The notes beneath the pieces are model-generated. The model made no database searches. It was given only the letters and a program-made list of their open reading frames with translations, and was not told where the DNA came from. Source: Candidatus Parasutterella gallistercoris (lineage in GTDB: Bacteria; Pseudomonadota; Gammaproteobacteria; Burkholderiales; Burkholderiaceae_F). From it: 64,000 bases of DNA. Below are positions 61,488 to 64,000 of the stretch, one piece after another (the first letter of the stretch is position 1; every line of letters starts with the position of its first letter). Made by a program: the position numbers and the translations under genes. The DNA is taken from the NCBI GenBank assembly GCA_019113195.1, contig DXHW01000042.1, forward strand, positions 7,750 through 71,749, written 5' to 3'.

Positions 61488-63899
61488 ATGTTATTTTCAG
61501 AAGAGTGGCTGCGCCATTACATCAATCCTGCCCTCAGCAGCGATGAGCTGTGCGAAACCCTGACGATGGGCGGCCTGGAAATCGAAGGCGCAGAACCGAT
61601 TGCGCCGGCCTTCACCGGTGTGGTCGTTGCTCAGGTATTGACCTGCGAACAGCATCCGAATGCAGACAAACTGCATGTCTGCACGGTGGATATCGGTAAA
61701 GAGGAACCTGTGCAAATCGTCTGCGGTGCTCCGAACGTTAGAGCCGGAGTCAAGGTTCCGTGCGCTACCATCGGCGCCGTGCTTCCGGGCGACTTTAAGA
61801 TTAAAAAGGCCAAACTCCGCGGTGTCGAGAGCAACGGTATGCTTTGCTCCAGCAGAGAATTAGGCATCAGCGAAGATCATTCCGGTCTGTGGATTCTTCC
61901 GGAAGACGCCCCTGTCGGTGAAGACATTCGCGTCTACGAACGTCTTGACGACAAGAAGATTGAAGTCAAAGCAACTCCGAACCGCGGTGACGCTTTAAGC
62001 GTGATCGGTGTCGGCCGTGATTTGAGAGCGCTGACCGGTGCCGAGCTTTCCCTCCCGGATTTCTCTCCGGTTCCGGCTACCTGTGACTGCGTTCACGAAG
62101 TACGCAATGAAGCTCCGGATCTTTGCGGACGCTTCGCCGGCCGTGTGGTCTGCGGCGTCAATGCTAAGGCTCCGACTCCTCAGTGGATGAAGGACCGTCT
62201 GGAGCGTTCCGGGCAGCGTTCGATTTCTGCATTGGTGGACATTTCCAATTACGTCATGCTCGAGCTCGGCCGTCCGACTCATATTTTTGACCTCGATAAG
62301 CTTGACGGTCCTCTGACCGTTCGCTGGGGTAAAGAAGGTGAGAAAGCCGAACTCCTTAACGGTCAGACTGTTGATATCGATCCGTACTTTGGTGTGATTA
62401 GCGATAACAACGGTATAGAAGCCATCGGCGGCATCATGGGCGGCGATCATGCTGCTGTTTCATTAGACACGAAAAATGTCTTTATTGAGGCTGCTTTCTG
62501 GTGGCCCAAAGCCATTCAAGGCCGCTGCAGAAAATTAAACTTCTCCACGGACGCTGCTTATCGCTTCGAGCGCGGGGTGGATTTCCAGTCCAACGTGGAC
62601 CATATGGAATATATCACTCGACTGATTCTCGAGATCTGCGGTACCTCTGAAACGAAGGTTGGTCCGGTTGTCGACGAAATTGAAGAGCTTCCGGTTCGCG
62701 AGCCCGTTCGCATGAGAGCTGACCGCTGCAGAAAAGTTATCGGTGCAGATATCTCCGACGACAAAATGGCCGAGTGCTTTACTCGCTTAGGCTTCTCTTT
62801 CAAGAAAGAAGGAGACACATTCGTTGTGGATGCTCCGAGCTATCGCTTTGACATCGAGATTGAAGAAGACCTGATCGAAGAAGTTGCTCGCCTTTACGGT
62901 TATCAGAACCTGACGGAAATTCCTCCGCTGGCTCGCGTAGCCATGCTCGAACGTCCTGAAGCCAAACTCGACCGTCATGAACTTCGCAAGAAGATGGCCG
63001 GCTTAGGATTCCAGGAGCTGATTAACTACTCCTTCATCAGTGAAGAAGCGGAAGCAGACTTTGCCGAAGTTAAGGATCCGATTAAAGTTTTGAATCCGAT
63101 CGCTTCCCAGATGGCTGTCATGAGAACACAGCTGATCTCCGGCTTGGTGGATCGTCTTAAGTACAACCTCAATCGTAAAGCCGACAGAGCAGCCTTGTTT
63201 GAATTAGGCCGTATCTTCAGACGTGATCCCTCCGTTAAGGGCTCCGACGCTGCCGTTGAAGGCGTGTATCAGCCGCTGCATCTTGCCGCTCTGGTATACG
63301 GCTCAGCTCGCCCGGCTCAGTGGGGAGAGAAGGCTAGAAACTTTGACTTCTTCGACTTGAAGGGTGCGGTTGAGATGCTGCTTCCGGGCCGCAACCTCCG
63401 CTTTGAAAAATCTAACCATCCTGCACTCCATCCGGGACGCGCCGCTACTGTTTATCTCGACGGCGAAGAAATCGGATTTATTGGAGAGCTTCATCCCGAG
63501 CTCGCTCATAAGTATGAGCTGCCGCATTCTCCGGTCGTCTTCGAGCTCAAGGAAGAAGCGCTTCTTGATGTCGGAGTTCCGGTCAACCGCAGCCTGTCTA
63601 AGTTCCAGCCGATGTCCCGCGACGTCGCCGTGTTTATTGACGATGCAGTTCCGGTTCAGAAACTGATGGACGCCGTTCGCAAGGCCGCGAAGAAAGATCC
63701 GCGCCTGCTGAGTTTGTCATCTTTCAAACTCTTTGATCTTTACAAACCTCAGGATGGTGCTAATGTAGGGAAGAAGAGCCTTGCGTTTAACATGTTGCTC
63801 CAGCGTCCGGATGCTCAGCTTTCTGAAGAAGAGGCTGACGAGGCCGTCGCCGCTGTGGTAGAAGCCCTCGCTAAAGAGGGCGCAGTCTTGAGAGATTAA
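61488..63899 (+). CDS. pheT: Phenylalanine--tRNA ligase beta
   Basis: HPNADKL, IVCGAPN, TPNRGD and RFERGVD motifs. Confidence 0.97.
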   Translation: MLFSEEWLRHYINPALSSDELCETLTMGGLEIEGAEPIAPAFTGVVVAQVLTCEQHPNADKLHVCTVDIGKEEPVQIVCGAPNVRAGVKVPCATIGAVLPGDFKIKKAKLRGVESNGMLCSSRELGISEDHSGLWILPEDAPVGEDIRVYERLDDKKIEVKATPNRGDALSVIGVGRDLRALTGAELSLPDFSPVPATCDCVHEVRNEAPDLCGRFAGRVVCGVNAKAPTPQWMKDRLERSGQRSISALVDISNYVMLELGRPTHIFDLDKLDGPLTVRWGKEGEKAELLNGQTVDIDPYFGVISDNNGIEAIGGIMGGDHAAVSLDTKNVFIEAAFWWPKAIQGRCRKLNFSTDAAYRFERGVDFQSNVDHMEYITRLILEICGTSETKVGPVVDEIEELPVREPVRMRADRCRKVIGADISDDKMAECFTRLGFSFKKEGDTFVVDAPSYRFDIEIEEDLIEEVARLYGYQNLTEIPPLARVAMLERPEAKLDRHELRKKMAGLGFQELINYSFISEEAEADFAEVKDPIKVLNPIASQMAVMRTQLISGLVDRLKYNLNRKADRAALFELGRIFRRDPSVKGSDAAVEGVYQPLHLAALVYGSARPAQWGEKARNFDFFDLKGAVEMLLPGRNLRFEKSNHPALHPGRAATVYLDGEEIGFIGELHPELAHKYELPHSPVVFELKEEALLDVGVPVNRSLSKFQPMSRDVAVFIDDAVPVQKLMDAVRKAAKKDPRLLSLSSFKLFDLYKPQDGANVGKKSLAFNMLLQRPDAQLSEEEADEAVAAVVEALAKEGAVLRD

Positions 63900-63908
63900 G
63901 GGGAAGTC

Positions 63909-64000
63909 ATGGCAAACATTGGTCCTGACAATTTTGAACTCGTCAAAGAGTTGCTTGGGGATAAGAACACAATGAACCGCAGCACGCTCGAAGAAGTTCT
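63909..64000 (+). CDS. Partial CDS, probably integration host factor alpha (3'-truncated by window)
   Basis: Open frame MANIGPDNFELVKELLGDKNTMNRSTLEEV after a GGGG SD. Identity inferred only from the usual pheT-ihfA synteny. Confidence 0.45.
   Translation, partial: MANIGPDNFELVKELLGDKNTMNRSTLEEV

Overview
This is a mostly core-genome window from a Betaproteobacterium. Gene order and protein style suggest Sutterellaceae, probably Parasutterella; this is inference, not a database result. In order it contains: a peptide/nickel-type ABC transporter operon; a degenerate ~200-bp tandem intergenic duplication; a Doc-type toxin with an unannotated 42-aa antitoxin; a co-directional ffh-ruvCAB-orfX-recCBD cluster; ypjD-like/PP0621/ampD/yggT; cstA; psiF; two tRNA-Asn; an aminotransferase; speFL-speF-potE; uvrB; an LMW-PTP; the full isc operon; NUDIX-lysS-SDR-prfB; recJ; lolC/E-lolD-tatD; ACT-DUF711-RidA; relA; two tRNA-Val; SPFH/NfeD; an M20 peptidase; and thrS-infC-rpmI-rplT-pheST. 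Most notable is orfX (14872-15594), which by recalled motifs resembles only the N-terminal pro-region of IetS-type S8 proteases (ATPase+protease TA/anti-phage systems). It has no protease domain and sits between ruvB and recC, with a Doc TA module at the end of the cluster. Also notable are an unannotated SpeFL-like arrest peptide with a divergent C-terminus, an IscR lacking its His ligand, and a structured leader ahead of the ACT-DUF711 operon. No CRISPR array, integrase or transposase was seen. All family calls come from motif recognition; no searches were run.
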